A DNA stretch of 64,000 bases from Minisyncoccota bacterium (lineage in GTDB: Bacteria; Patescibacteriota; Minisyncoccia; Phycocordibacterales; Phycocordibacteraceae): assembly GCA_022841985.1 (NCBI GenBank), contig JALHQL010000003.1, forward strand, positions 6,878 through 70,877. Direction: 5' to 3'. Shown here one piece after another: positions 44,250 to 53,848 of this stretch. Each line of letters starts with the position of its first letter. Position 1 is the stretch's first letter. Both the position numbers and the translations under genes were made by a program. Under the pieces are notes generated by a model. The model saw nothing but the letters and a program-made list of their open reading frames with translations, was not told the DNA's origin and ran no database searches.

Positions 44250-44268
44250 GTCTTTCATTATGAAAGAC
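44250..44268. promoter_or_regulatory. Perfect palindrome gtctttcat-t-atgaaagac immediately upstream of lexA (candidate operator)
   Basis: 9-bp arms with a 1-nt spacer, 20 nt upstream of the lexA ATG. LexA genes are commonly autoregulated through an upstream palindromic SOS box. The motif does not match the E. coli or Gram-positive consensus. Confidence 0.25.
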
Positions 44269-44287
44269 GAGTTGTTACTCTCTATGT

Positions 44288-44977
44288 ATGGCACGCCACA
44301 CAACAGTTACTCCCGTACAAGAAAAAACTCTTTCATTCTTAAAACACTACATCGGCAAGAATGGCCAAGCGCCGACGATGGTCGAGCTCGGCAAAGAATT
44401 TAAATTGCGGTCGCTCCGCAGCGTCACGCAGCGATTAGAAAGACTCGAGCGCAAAGGCCTCATCAAACGAGACCGTTTCCAGCACCGGAGCATTCAGATT
44501 CTTAATGGCGACAGCTCAAATGTCCCGTCCGGTACCATTCAGGTGCCAGTTATTGCTTCGGCAGGATGCGACGCAATGGAAGTCTATGCGCAAGACGAAT
44601 TCGGAGAGTACATTCTCGTCGACAAAAATCTTATCAATGTACATACAAACATTGCCGCTATCAAGGCGGTCGGCGACAGTATGCAAGACGCAGGCATCAG
44701 AAATGGCGACTATGTCATCGTGGAGGTGACTGAAGCTGTTGAAAATGGCGACCGCGTTGTCGCTATCGTGGGAAACATGGCGGTTATCAAGCAATACAAG
44801 AAGGCCGACGGTGTCGTGTTCTTGAATCCTGAAAACAAAAGCGGTGCCTATCACCCAATTATCGTGGGGCAGGAAGATTCGAAGATTTTCGGTAAAGTTT
44901 TGAGCATAATTCCGGGCAGCGAATGGGTCGACGACATCAAGATTGACTACTATCCCGGGTATTCGCCGAAAAAGTAA
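44288..44977 (+). CDS. lexA: LexA repressor (winged-helix DNA-binding domain + S24 self-cleaving peptidase domain)
   Basis: 229 aa. The N-terminal winged-helix is TLSFLKHYIGKNGQAPTMVELGKEF. The C-terminal S24 domain has the Ser-Lys dyad context VGDSMQDAGI and VIKQYKK. Confidence 0.8.
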   Translation: MARHTTVTPVQEKTLSFLKHYIGKNGQAPTMVELGKEFKLRSLRSVTQRLERLERKGLIKRDRFQHRSIQILNGDSSNVPSGTIQVPVIASAGCDAMEVYAQDEFGEYILVDKNLINVHTNIAAIKAVGDSMQDAGIRNGDYVIVEVTEAVENGDRVVAIVGNMAVIKQYKKADGVVFLNPENKSGAYHPIIVGQEDSKIFGKVLSIIPGSEWVDDIKIDYYPGYSPKK

Positions 44978-45004
44978 GAAGCGATGCTCTGGTATGATTG
45001 AAGC

Positions 45005-45838
45005 ATGAAGCGGTATACGGTACCCATCGGAATAATTGTTCTGACGGTAATTGCCACGTTCTGGATACTACAGACGCAAATGGTAGAAGCGCCGATTGAC
45101 GGAATCGCATGTACCCAAGAAGCGAAACTCTGCCCTGACGGATCCGCTGTAGGGCGCACAGGTCCAGAATGCGAATTTGCCGAATGTCCCTCGACAAGCG
45201 ACTCGACCGATTCTACTACTGTGGCCCTCGCTATTGGCGCGAGTGCGGCCATCCACGGTACGACTATTGGCGTCCTCGATCTCGTCGAGGACAGTCGCTG
45301 CCCGATAGATGTGCAGTGTATTCAAGCCGGCACTGTGCGCGTACGCATTTCTATCGACTCTTATAATCTTCCTTTTACTCTCACTCTTAACCAGCCGCAG
45401 GAGATGGAGAATATGAGTATCACCCTTACTTCAGTAATTCCCGAGCAAAAATACTCACAAAAGACGGTGCCTCCAACCGATTATCGCTTTACCTTTAGGG
45501 TCATTCCTAAAGCGTCAATTGAGACCTCTACATCCGGTGTGCGCGGAACGGTACTGATCGAGCCAACCTGTCCTGTAGAGCGTATGCCGCCCGATCCTAC
45601 TTGTGCTCCGAAGCCTTATGCAACGGCAATCGTGGTGTATCGCACAGGTTCAAAATCGCCGTATATCATAGGGAATTCAAATACATCCGGGGCTTTTTTA
45701 TTCTCACTCCCGCCAGGCTCGTACACTCTTGCTGCAAAAGGCGATACGGTGTTGCCGCGATGTAACGAAACAAGTGTAGCTGTCGTACCGGACGAGTACA
45801 CCTCGGTAACCATTTCGTGCGATACCGGCATCCGATGA
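45005..45838 (+). CDS. Hypothetical secreted protein with an N-terminal signal anchor
   Basis: 277 aa. N-terminal MKRYTVPIGIIVLTVIATFWIL and a Cys-containing, beta-rich extracytoplasmic region. No recognised domain. Confidence 0.4.
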   Translation: MKRYTVPIGIIVLTVIATFWILQTQMVEAPIDGIACTQEAKLCPDGSAVGRTGPECEFAECPSTSDSTDSTTVALAIGASAAIHGTTIGVLDLVEDSRCPIDVQCIQAGTVRVRISIDSYNLPFTLTLNQPQEMENMSITLTSVIPEQKYSQKTVPPTDYRFTFRVIPKASIETSTSGVRGTVLIEPTCPVERMPPDPTCAPKPYATAIVVYRTGSKSPYIIGNSNTSGAFLFSLPPGSYTLAAKGDTVLPRCNETSVAVVPDEYTSVTISCDTGIR

Positions 45839-45843
45839 CACAT

Positions 45844-46230
45844 ATGAGCGAAGGATTGCAAAAAAATCAATATGAGGAGCTCCAGCGACAGATGAATGCC
45901 GGTTTCGAGCTCCAAAAACAAGACAATGAGGACCCTGAGCGCGGACCTATAGTGCAGCAAGTGCGTGCGGTACAGAACGCAGCATATAAAAATTTTGGAA
46001 ATGAAGAATCTACTCTTTACCCTGAATTCCAAGAATTTCAAAAATCATTCGGCGAGCATTTTGGTAGAGCCGAAGCGCAACGCTATCGTCTCTATCACGT
46101 CATTATCAGCAGTACGCCTCCCGGGAATGCGGATCTTTTCGATGCTAAAGGAGAATGGTCTATCGCAGCGGCAATGCAAAAACTCGCCGAAAAACATCAT
46201 ATTGAATACCCCGATGCACAAGCGGCATAA
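45844..46230 (+). CDS. Hypothetical protein
   Basis: 128 aa from ATG 45844 (MSEGLQKNQYEE...). The track ORF 45817 overlaps the upstream gene. No recognised domain. Confidence 0.3.
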   Translation: MSEGLQKNQYEELQRQMNAGFELQKQDNEDPERGPIVQQVRAVQNAAYKNFGNEESTLYPEFQEFQKSFGEHFGRAEAQRYRLYHVIISSTPPGNADLFDAKGEWSIAAAMQKLAEKHHIEYPDAQAA

Positions 46231-46238
46231 TCACGACC

Positions 46239-47918
46239 ATGACCCAAGGCGAGGCGATTACGATACTGAAGACGGGCGCAAACGTATTCCTCACCGGCGA
46301 GCCGGGGAGTGGCAAGACGCATACGATAAATACCTTTGTAGAATGGCTCCGCAACTCAGGCATTGAGCCCTCAGTGACTGCAGCAACCGGAATCGCTGCA
46401 ACACATGTCGGCGGCATGACACTACACTCCTGGAGCGGTATCGGCATTAGCGAATCGCTTTCAAAGGCCGATGTGGATCGCATTGCAAGCAAAGAACATA
46501 TCGCTCGTCGAATTCAAAAAGCAAAGGTGCTGATCATAGAAGAAATTTCAATGCTCTCAGCCTCGACGTTTGAAATGGCGGATTCTATTTGTCGAGAAGT
46601 ACGAAGAACTGAGAAACCCTTTGGTGGACTTACCGTGATTCTTGTGGGCGATTTCTTTCAGCTGCCGCCGGTCTCACGCGATCGCGAAGTTAAGTTTGCA
46701 TACTCTTCGCCAGTCTGGCGTGACTTAAGTTTACTCACTTGCTACCTTACCGAACAGTATCGGCAAGTCGACAGTGAATTTCTGAGTGTGCTCTCAGCGA
46801 TACGCTCCGGAAATGTCGAGGAACTGCACTATGAAGAGTTGCTGCGGCGACATAGGGATCCGGTAGAGCTCCCGCCAGGAGCACCAAAACTCTTCTCGCA
46901 CAATGCCGATGTGGATCGGATTAATAACACCGAGCTTGCCAAGCTCAAGAGCGCTTCACGGAAGTTCAGTATGAGTTCAAAAGGGAAAGATGCGATGGTC
47001 GAGGGACTCAAGCGAGGTTGCCTCTCGCCTGAAATTTTGGAGTTAAAAGAGGGTGCGGCAGTGATGTTTACTAAGAATTCTCCGCAAGGGAAGTTCGTCA
47101 ACGGGACGCTCGGTATCGTCGTCGGTTGGGGCGCCGATAGTATGCCGATCGTAGAAACAAAGGACGGCATAAAAATATCTACCGAACCGATGGAGTGGCA
47201 ACTCGAGGAGCAGGGGAAGGTAAAGGCGAGCATCTCTCAAATACCCTTACGGCTTGCCTATGCGATGACCGTGCATAAGAGCCAAGGGATGAGTATGGAC
47301 GCCGCAATCATGGATCTCTCAAAAGCATTTGAATACGGTCAGGGATACGTTGCGCTCTCGCGTGTACGGCGACTCTCGGGGGTGTTCCTTACTGGTCTTA
47401 ATGCACGTGCACTTGAAGTGCATCCGGAAATTTTGGAAAAGGACAAAGATTTTCGTGCTGCGTCTGACGCGGCGCGCGATGCCTTTGCAGAGATGCCTGC
47501 GGCAGAACCAATCGGCATGCAAAAGAAGTTTATAAAGGCGATGGGTGGAGCATGGTTTGAAGCAGAGAATGATAAAAAAAGGTCTTCTCGAGAGGCTCGA
47601 GGCAAACCTGCGACAGGCTTGCCAGGAAGACTTGCCGAGACACTTTCTGCTGCGCGTGATGGCAAATCACTCGCTGACGTTGCCAAAACTCGAGCACTCG
47701 CGGTTTCAACTATCGTAAAGCACTTGGAAGAGCTTTCAGAAATAGGAAAGCTTGTGCGCACTGATTTCGCGCATCTTTTACCGGATGTGGGCGCAACCGA
47801 TGAGATACATGAGGCACTTACCACAACCGGTAGGGAACCTCTTTCTCCAGTATTCCATGCTCTCGGCGGGCGGTATTCTTTTGAAACAATTCGTCTCGTT
47901 CGCCTCGCCCGAAATTAA
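46239..47918 (+). CDS. Pif1/RecD-like superfamily 1 ATP-dependent DNA helicase with a C-terminal HTH-like region
   Basis: 559 aa. Walker A is LTGEPGSGKTHTI. Walker B/motif II is VILVGDFFQLPPV. Motifs V/VI are YAMTVHKSQGMS and GQGYVALSRVR. The C-terminal ~90 aa is helical. Confidence 0.75.
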   Translation: MTQGEAITILKTGANVFLTGEPGSGKTHTINTFVEWLRNSGIEPSVTAATGIAATHVGGMTLHSWSGIGISESLSKADVDRIASKEHIARRIQKAKVLIIEEISMLSASTFEMADSICREVRRTEKPFGGLTVILVGDFFQLPPVSRDREVKFAYSSPVWRDLSLLTCYLTEQYRQVDSEFLSVLSAIRSGNVEELHYEELLRRHRDPVELPPGAPKLFSHNADVDRINNTELAKLKSASRKFSMSSKGKDAMVEGLKRGCLSPEILELKEGAAVMFTKNSPQGKFVNGTLGIVVGWGADSMPIVETKDGIKISTEPMEWQLEEQGKVKASISQIPLRLAYAMTVHKSQGMSMDAAIMDLSKAFEYGQGYVALSRVRRLSGVFLTGLNARALEVHPEILEKDKDFRAASDAARDAFAEMPAAEPIGMQKKFIKAMGGAWFEAENDKKRSSREARGKPATGLPGRLAETLSAARDGKSLADVAKTRALAVSTIVKHLEELSEIGKLVRTDFAHLLPDVGATDEIHEALTTTGREPLSPVFHALGGRYSFETIRLVRLARN

Positions 47919-48071
47919 GTTGACATTGTGTTATTTGTATAAATGTGCCATAATATAAACAGATGGTATTTGGGATGTTTTCAGAATACTTTGGATCTTT
48001 AAAGTACCACCGAAAGGAGATTATTGATTGACTAAGTATACTTTTCCGTTTTGAAGGAATAGGCGCTCTCA

Positions 48072-48569
48072 ATGTTTCTCAACAACCAACACAGAGGAGA
48101 CCCCCCTATGAGTAACGTCACGATTGAGGAATCGATTCGGCGCGCATTCGGTATATTTGGCACAAACGCATCGACGATACCTGTGGGCTCAGCAGATGAT
48201 TTGATGGATGCCTTCCGTCGCTACGCGTCCTCTCCCGATGTCTACACATTTGAGAAATTCAAAGAATTTCTTGCGGACGTCCGGCAGGTCGGATGCGTTG
48301 CTTCTGGTCTCGAATACTACAGTTCTCTACTAGAGACTTATATTCAGCGCGTTCCGGATCTCGGCTGGGAGCGTTGTGCGCGCCAGGTCTGGCCACTTCT
48401 TGAGGAATGCAAAAAGTGGATCGAAGTACAAGGGATTCCATTAGAAAAGATTGGTATCCGTCCCGTCTTCAGTGCCGCCCATATCAATTCCGCCGCCTAT
48501 GAGATTAGAGCATTTCTGTGCAATCATTCGGCGGGCGGGGTCTGTGATTGTGGGCATGTTTGGAAATAA
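48072..48569 (+). CDS. Hypothetical protein
   Basis: 165 aa. Alternative start at Met 48108. No recognised domain. C-terminal Cys pair CDCGH. Confidence 0.3.
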   Translation: MFLNNQHRGDPPMSNVTIEESIRRAFGIFGTNASTIPVGSADDLMDAFRRYASSPDVYTFEKFKEFLADVRQVGCVASGLEYYSSLLETYIQRVPDLGWERCARQVWPLLEECKKWIEVQGIPLEKIGIRPVFSAAHINSAAYEIRAFLCNHSAGGVCDCGHVWK

Positions 48570-48726
48570 TCAGTCGCACGAGGCCTAATTTATTCAAAAA
48601 TACCCAAACTCTCACGAGTTTGGGTATTTTAACGTTTTACATTGAGCGGTCAAAATAATTTCGAACGTTGTTTAGTACACACGATAGGTGGGTATATTAT
48701 TATTTGGATTGCTTCTTCAGAAATGG

Positions 48727-49227
48727 TCATCTGACAAGTTTTGAGAATACTTTTGTGTGCCATTCGTGTGTGTTCGGTACTTCTCCCTTATCGCAGTAAC
48801 CGAATTTTTTATAAAAGCTCCAAGAGTTTTTCCACCGTTCAGAACTCGTCAGGAGCACTTCCAAGTAATCATTCTTACTTGCGAAATGTTCGATGTAGCT
48901 AAGTAATGCACATCCAACCCCTTTGTTGGTGAAATTCTTATGTACCATGAGTACTGTTACTTGTAGCTGCTTCTTGGTATCGGCAAAAGTCGCGAGAATA
49001 TATATCGGAGTTTTCCGGTATCCAACGATACCAATCGGTATTGAGTCCTGCTGCACAGCTACGAAATACCATTCTTCTGCTTTAGGATCATTAATACTTT
49101 GAATGACAAGATTCATAAAGAATGAAATTTGGTCTTCGCCATCCATCCAGCTGGAATATATTTCTTTGATACCAAGTATATCGGCCACTGTTGCTTCACG
49201 AATCTCCACCTGTCCCATACTATGCAA
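48727..49227 (-). CDS. GNAT family N-acetyltransferase
   Basis: 166 aa. Acetyl-CoA binding motif QVTVLMVHKNFTNKGVGCALLSYIEHFA (Q/R-x-x-G-x-G/A pattern) within a GNAT fold. Confidence 0.7.
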   Translation of the reverse strand: MHSMGQVEIREATVADILGIKEIYSSWMDGEDQISFFMNLVIQSINDPKAEEWYFVAVQQDSIPIGIVGYRKTPIYILATFADTKKQLQVTVLMVHKNFTNKGVGCALLSYIEHFASKNDYLEVLLTSSERWKNSWSFYKKFGYCDKGEVPNTHEWHTKVFSKLVR

Positions 49228-49278
49228 GTATACTTGAAGAAGAAAAAGTGGAAAGCAGTGATATTCTTTAGGTAGGTA

Positions 49279-49602
49279 ATGACCGAGGACATAATCAAGG
49301 AATTAGTTTTGATGTTAGAAAACGATCAAGAAGACCTTAAAAGATTCCGAACGGGTGCCTTTACTCTCGAACAAATTCGTACCAAGGTAAAAGTCAGGAC
49401 GGCTCGCCTCAAAGAAATTCTTGCAGATGCATTTCCGAATATAAAAAATACCGGTGTTCAAGCATACACTGCGGCTCTAGTGATGGTCCTACACTCGGGC
49501 GACCATGACTTTAAGATTCTTATCCTGGAGGGGAAATCCCAACGATATGGCACCCAATTTGTAATGAAAAAGGGAAACCAGAAATTCTATTCTCGGACTT
49601 AA
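49279..49602 (+). CDS. Hypothetical protein
   Basis: 107 aa, soluble. No recognised domain. Confidence 0.3.
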   Translation: MTEDIIKELVLMLENDQEDLKRFRTGAFTLEQIRTKVKVRTARLKEILADAFPNIKNTGVQAYTAALVMVLHSGDHDFKILILEGKSQRYGTQFVMKKGNQKFYSRT

Positions 49603-49710
49603 TTCTCTTGATGAGTATGTTCGAGGAATCTCGCATACTGCCACTTCGTAAGTAGAATCCGCTTTTTGCGACGAGTGTGTTACTATGTATTTTCATTATA
49701 TTATTTCAAA

Positions 49711-51114
49711 ATGTTGTTACAAACGAAAAAAACTAAGATAGTTGCGACTATCGGTCCGGCGACAGAGTCGCCGGAGATGCTTTCTAAGCTTATCAATGCC
49801 GGTATGAACGTCGCGCGACTCAATTTAAGTCATGGCGATCACGTTGAGCATGGCGCTCGGATTACCAATGTCCGTAAGGTTGCGAAAGAACTTGGAACTC
49901 CAGTCGCTATTCTTTTTGACCTTTCTGGCCCCAAGATTCGCACTGGCGAATACACTACCGAGCGCATCACTATCGAGAAAGGAAAGAAGCTTATCCTCAC
50001 AAGCGAACCAATCGTCGGCGATGAGCATCGTTTCCATGTGAATTATCTTAAACTGCCTCAGGAGGTCAAAGAGGGGTCCGTTATCATGCTCGACGATGGG
50101 AAGAAGAAGCTTGTCGTAGAGCGTGTCGAGGGCACTGAAATACACTGTCGGGTTGAAGTCGGAGGGGAACTCAAAGGCCGCCGCGGAGTAAACGTGCCGG
50201 GTGCGTACCTCTCCATCTCTTCAATCACCGATAAGGACTTGAAGGATCTTGCTTTCGGCATGAAGAACGATGTCGATATGATCGCCCTTTCGTTTGTTCG
50301 CCGTGTCGATGACATACTCCGACTCAAGGAACTCTTGAAAGAGGCTGGGAAAAAGATCCCCGTCATCGTGAAAATAGAGACGCAAGAAGCTATCGATAAT
50401 CTCTCTGCGATACTCGCTGCTGCCGATGGTGCAATGGTGGCGCGCGGCGACCTTGCGGTAGAGGTGCCGGCGGAGCAGGTGCCGCTCTACCAGAAGCGCA
50501 TTATTCGCGAAGCGAATGCGCTCGGAAAGCCCGTCATCACCGCGACACAAATGCTCGAGTCAATGATACAGAGTCCGGTACCGACACGTGCCGAGGTATC
50601 TGACATTGCAAACGCCATCTTCGACGGTACCGACGCAGTCATGCTTTCTGAGGAAAGCACATTGGGGAAATACCCTGTTGAGGCAGTTACTATGATGACT
50701 CGAATCGCCGAGACGGTTGAAGCAAGTCTTCCAAGGGTTCCTGTCGCAGCAACAAGTATTGTGGACACTATCAGCACTTCGGTTGTAGATATCTGCGATC
50801 ATATCGGTGCTAGTGCAATCGTAGCGCTTACCGAATCGGGATCCTCTGCTCAGATGATTGCGCGCTTTAAACCTTTTTGCCCTATTATCGCGCTCTCTCC
50901 GAATCAGGCCACCGTCGAACGCCTTACCCTCGTACGTGGTGTGTATCCTTTCCTCGCGGACGCAGGTAAGACGACTGACGATGTTATCGCATTCGTATCG
51001 AAGTTTCTCATTAAAAATAAGATCGTAAAGTTAGGCGATCATGTCGTAGTTACCGCTGGGCTCAAGTTCGGAGTTCCGGGTTCTACGAACATGTTGTGCG
51101 TGATTACCGTATAA
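49711..51114 (+). CDS. pyk: Pyruvate kinase
   Basis: Start at ATG 49711 (MLLQTKKTKIVATIGPAT...). The track ORF starts 45 nt upstream. Motifs are MNVARLNLSHG, K+-site and active-site MVARGDLAVE, and the C-terminal effector domain. Confidence 0.9.
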   Translation: MLLQTKKTKIVATIGPATESPEMLSKLINAGMNVARLNLSHGDHVEHGARITNVRKVAKELGTPVAILFDLSGPKIRTGEYTTERITIEKGKKLILTSEPIVGDEHRFHVNYLKLPQEVKEGSVIMLDDGKKKLVVERVEGTEIHCRVEVGGELKGRRGVNVPGAYLSISSITDKDLKDLAFGMKNDVDMIALSFVRRVDDILRLKELLKEAGKKIPVIVKIETQEAIDNLSAILAAADGAMVARGDLAVEVPAEQVPLYQKRIIREANALGKPVITATQMLESMIQSPVPTRAEVSDIANAIFDGTDAVMLSEESTLGKYPVEAVTMMTRIAETVEASLPRVPVAATSIVDTISTSVVDICDHIGASAIVALTESGSSAQMIARFKPFCPIIALSPNQATVERLTLVRGVYPFLADAGKTTDDVIAFVSKFLIKNKIVKLGDHVVVTAGLKFGVPGSTNMLCVITV

Positions 51115-51130
51115 AGCTTTAACCTAAGTC

Positions 51131-51160
51131 AAAAAACCGCCTCAGAAGAGGCGGTTTTTT
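51131..51160. terminator. Bidirectional rho-independent terminator
   Basis: aaaaaaccgcctc agaa gaggcggtttttt, between convergent pyk and the PMM gene. Confidence 0.6.
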
Positions 51161-51163
51161 GAC

Positions 51164-51913
51164 TCATGACACCAAACCCCGAATAAACTTCATCGTATCT
51201 TCAGGGTTTATGACCGAGCGTGTCTCGGCATCAGTCTTATATGCAGCCTCATCATTGCCACCCGAACGAAGTTCGTCGCCAATATAAAGCGTGTCGGATT
51301 CTGATACTCCGATGCGCTCGCACAGCTTATGAATGCCATATGCTTTGTCAATATTTTGCTTTGTGACATCGATGCTCGTTTTCCCGCCAATCTTTACCGA
51401 AAATGTCGGTAAAGATTTGCTTATGTGCGCGTGAAGCGCTACGCGTTTCGTGCGATCGGGATCCCATGCCATTTTCTCATCAATGGGTGCTTGTTGCCCG
51501 AGCGCGGAGAGTGTGACTTGAGCACCGCGATACTCGATGCGCTCTCCGTATGCAGGTTGTGAAAAGTCGATGAGGCTGAGTACCGTACCGGCATCGCGCA
51601 TCACCTCCTCAATATGCTGGGCTTCTTTTTCAGTTAAGCGTTCTTCGTAAATCTTTTTCCATTCACCATTAGAGTATTCGTAAAGCGAGGCACCGCTTGT
51701 GGGCAGAAGATAGAGATTGGAAAGATTTGCTTCAGAAGGAAGCTGCTCAACCACTTGCGAAAGGAATTGGGGTAGTGCTCCGCCTGAAATAACCGCTACA
51801 CGAGTTTTCGCAAGGAGTTCTACGAGGAGTTCCGCCATTGCATCGGTAATCGGCTGTTTGCTCTCGGCGAGCGTGCCATCGAGATCGAACATGATAAGTT
51901 TAGGAATGCTCAT
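51164..51913 (-). CDS. Phosphomannomutase, eukaryotic type (HAD-IIB, PMM family)
   Basis: 249 aa. MFDLDGTLAESKQPITDAMAELL...VAVISGGALPQFLSQVVEQL aligns by eye with human PMM2 [23 protein letters not shown]...IGVVGGSDFEKVQEQL. Downstream GGNDxE and TLYIGDE motifs are conserved. Confidence 0.6.
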   Translation of the reverse strand: MSIPKLIMFDLDGTLAESKQPITDAMAELLVELLAKTRVAVISGGALPQFLSQVVEQLPSEANLSNLYLLPTSGASLYEYSNGEWKKIYEERLTEKEAQHIEEVMRDAGTVLSLIDFSQPAYGERIEYRGAQVTLSALGQQAPIDEKMAWDPDRTKRVALHAHISKSLPTFSVKIGGKTSIDVTKQNIDKAYGIHKLCERIGVSESDTLYIGDELRSGGNDEAAYKTDAETRSVINPEDTMKFIRGLVS

Positions 51914-51925
51914 GTACCAGAGATG

Positions 51926-53842
51926 CTAAGAGAGTGTTTTGATGATATGAGAAAGTGAACCTATTGCGACACCGACGACCCGATCGGCTCCGCCATAATA
52001 CAGAAAAATAGTATCATCGCGTACACAGGCCCCACAGGAGAATACGACATTAGGAATATCTCCTTCTTTTTCATATTTCTCAAGAGGTTCAAAAATGGGA
52101 TCAGCGGTACGCGCGATGACCGAGGTGCCAGAAGGATCAAGAAGCGCTGCGCCGAGACGGTATTTGCTATGGCGCGAAACACCGTGATAGATCATGAGCC
52201 AATTGTCACCGACTTTGATTGGCGGCCCAGCGATACCGACCTTCACTCCATCCCACATGCCGCGTCTCGCAGCCATGATTTCAATACAGCGGCTCACCCG
52301 TTTCCCCGAAACTAGGTTTGGCAATATATCGGCACAAATTTGGCCATTGATACGGTGATAGAGTAAGTAATTACCATCAATTTTTTCAGGGAGCAAAGCG
52401 AGATCTTTATCGTCTACACCTTCCGGAGTGAGAAGAAAGGGCTTGCTCCACAAGTTAAATCGTCGTGCTAGGAAATCCTCTACGCTTATGGATGAGATCG
52501 CACCTGCGGGAGCGCGCACTCCGTCGTACGCGGTATAGGTCATATGAAGCGTGTCATTGATACGCACAATGCGAGGATCTTCGCAGCCGGAATTACCTGT
52601 CGGACTTCCACGCTTCGCCTCAAAATCCTCTCGCGGCACATAGATTGGTTCCGGCAAGCGTTCATCGATAGTGACGCCATCTTTAGAGACCGCGAGTCCA
52701 ATGGTCGAAGTATTTACACTATCCATCGCGCGATACAGGATATATATCGAGCCGTCTATATCAATACTAGCCGCGTTGAAGACTACTCGACTTTCGAAAC
52801 CTCCGCCTTGGGGCAGAAGAATTGGATTCTGCGGCGCACGGATAAAGGTTCGTGCAGGACCAGCCGGATCGAGCGCGCGGAGCAAATCGGACAATCGTAC
52901 ACTTGCTTTGGCGCATACGGTATCCGCTCCACCGTACCAGATCTCAAGATAATTATCGCTAGAGAGCGTTGTGCTTGTGGGGAAGACGATGTTTGGCACA
53001 ATGCCATACTGTTCATAGATTTCCTGTGGCACGAGAATGGATTCGGTACGCGAAATAAGCTTCTGTGGATTATCGAGCTCGAGAAGTGCTGCTTCAATCG
53101 AGAACACACGATGCTGCTCATTATAATATTCTTGAATATACGAGTAGATGAGCAGCCAGCCCTGTTCAGTTTTAAGCGGTGAGGCTCCGACCTCGATATG
53201 ATCTCCTTCGTCTCTTCGCAACTCAGGAAGCGCATACTGAGCAAGATGAGCATGCCAATGCTGCCAGTATTCTGGATTGAAGAAGTCTTCGACCTGTTTC
53301 GCGCGCGCAAGTGCGATCGTCGGTCGCGGATGTTCCGCGGTCCAGTCGGTATGCGCAGTTAGGAGCAGTACGACCTCACCGTTAATGCGTTCGGGGAATA
53401 ACGTTGCAGCCTTTGCATTAAAGGGCGTGATGAGATGTCGTTCGGTGAAATTGCCGGGAGTATCGCCAATAGCGACTGCAACTTTAATGTTGTCGGGACC
53501 GAAAGGCCAGCCGCCGAGTGCAGTATAAAAACAATACCAACGACCCTCAAAGAGGGTGACGCGCGGATCTTCACAACCGAATGCGTCCCACGGTTCCTGC
53601 GGCGCAATGACTTGCTTTCTCGAATGGAAATGAATGCCATCTTCGGAAAAAGCGCTACCAATGGTCGAGAGCCCTGCCATCGACGTCTGAAGCGCGTCCG
53701 AATTCCCGAGCGCTCGATAAAAGAGATGAGCCCCGTCTTTGGTACGAACGACAGAGGGATTAAATGTTGCAAGAGATTCCCAAGGTTTCTCGCGTTGCGG
53801 CGAAAGGAGTGGATTGTGAGGTTCTCGGCGGACAATGAACAT
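51926..53842 (-). CDS. Tandem GH130-like (beta-mannoside phosphorylase/glycosidase, former DUF377) two-domain protein
   Basis: 638 aa. Two repeats of the GH130-type beta-propeller start motif (ATFNPSVVRTKDGAHLFYRALG and RVVFNAASIDIDGSIYILYRAMD) with paired acidic residues (CEDPR twice). Confidence 0.55.
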   Translation of the reverse strand: MFIVRREPHNPLLSPQREKPWESLATFNPSVVRTKDGAHLFYRALGNSDALQTSMAGLSTIGSAFSEDGIHFHSRKQVIAPQEPWDAFGCEDPRVTLFEGRWYCFYTALGGWPFGPDNIKVAVAIGDTPGNFTERHLITPFNAKAATLFPERINGEVVLLLTAHTDWTAEHPRPTIALARAKQVEDFFNPEYWQHWHAHLAQYALPELRRDEGDHIEVGASPLKTEQGWLLIYSYIQEYYNEQHRVFSIEAALLELDNPQKLISRTESILVPQEIYEQYGIVPNIVFPTSTTLSSDNYLEIWYGGADTVCAKASVRLSDLLRALDPAGPARTFIRAPQNPILLPQGGGFESRVVFNAASIDIDGSIYILYRAMDSVNTSTIGLAVSKDGVTIDERLPEPIYVPREDFEAKRGSPTGNSGCEDPRIVRINDTLHMTYTAYDGVRAPAGAISSISVEDFLARRFNLWSKPFLLTPEGVDDKDLALLPEKIDGNYLLYHRINGQICADILPNLVSGKRVSRCIEIMAARRGMWDGVKVGIAGPPIKVGDNWLMIYHGVSRHSKYRLGAALLDPSGTSVIARTADPIFEPLEKYEKEGDIPNVVFSCGACVRDDTIFLYYGGADRVVGVAIGSLSHIIKTLS

Positions 53843-53848
53843 AAATAA

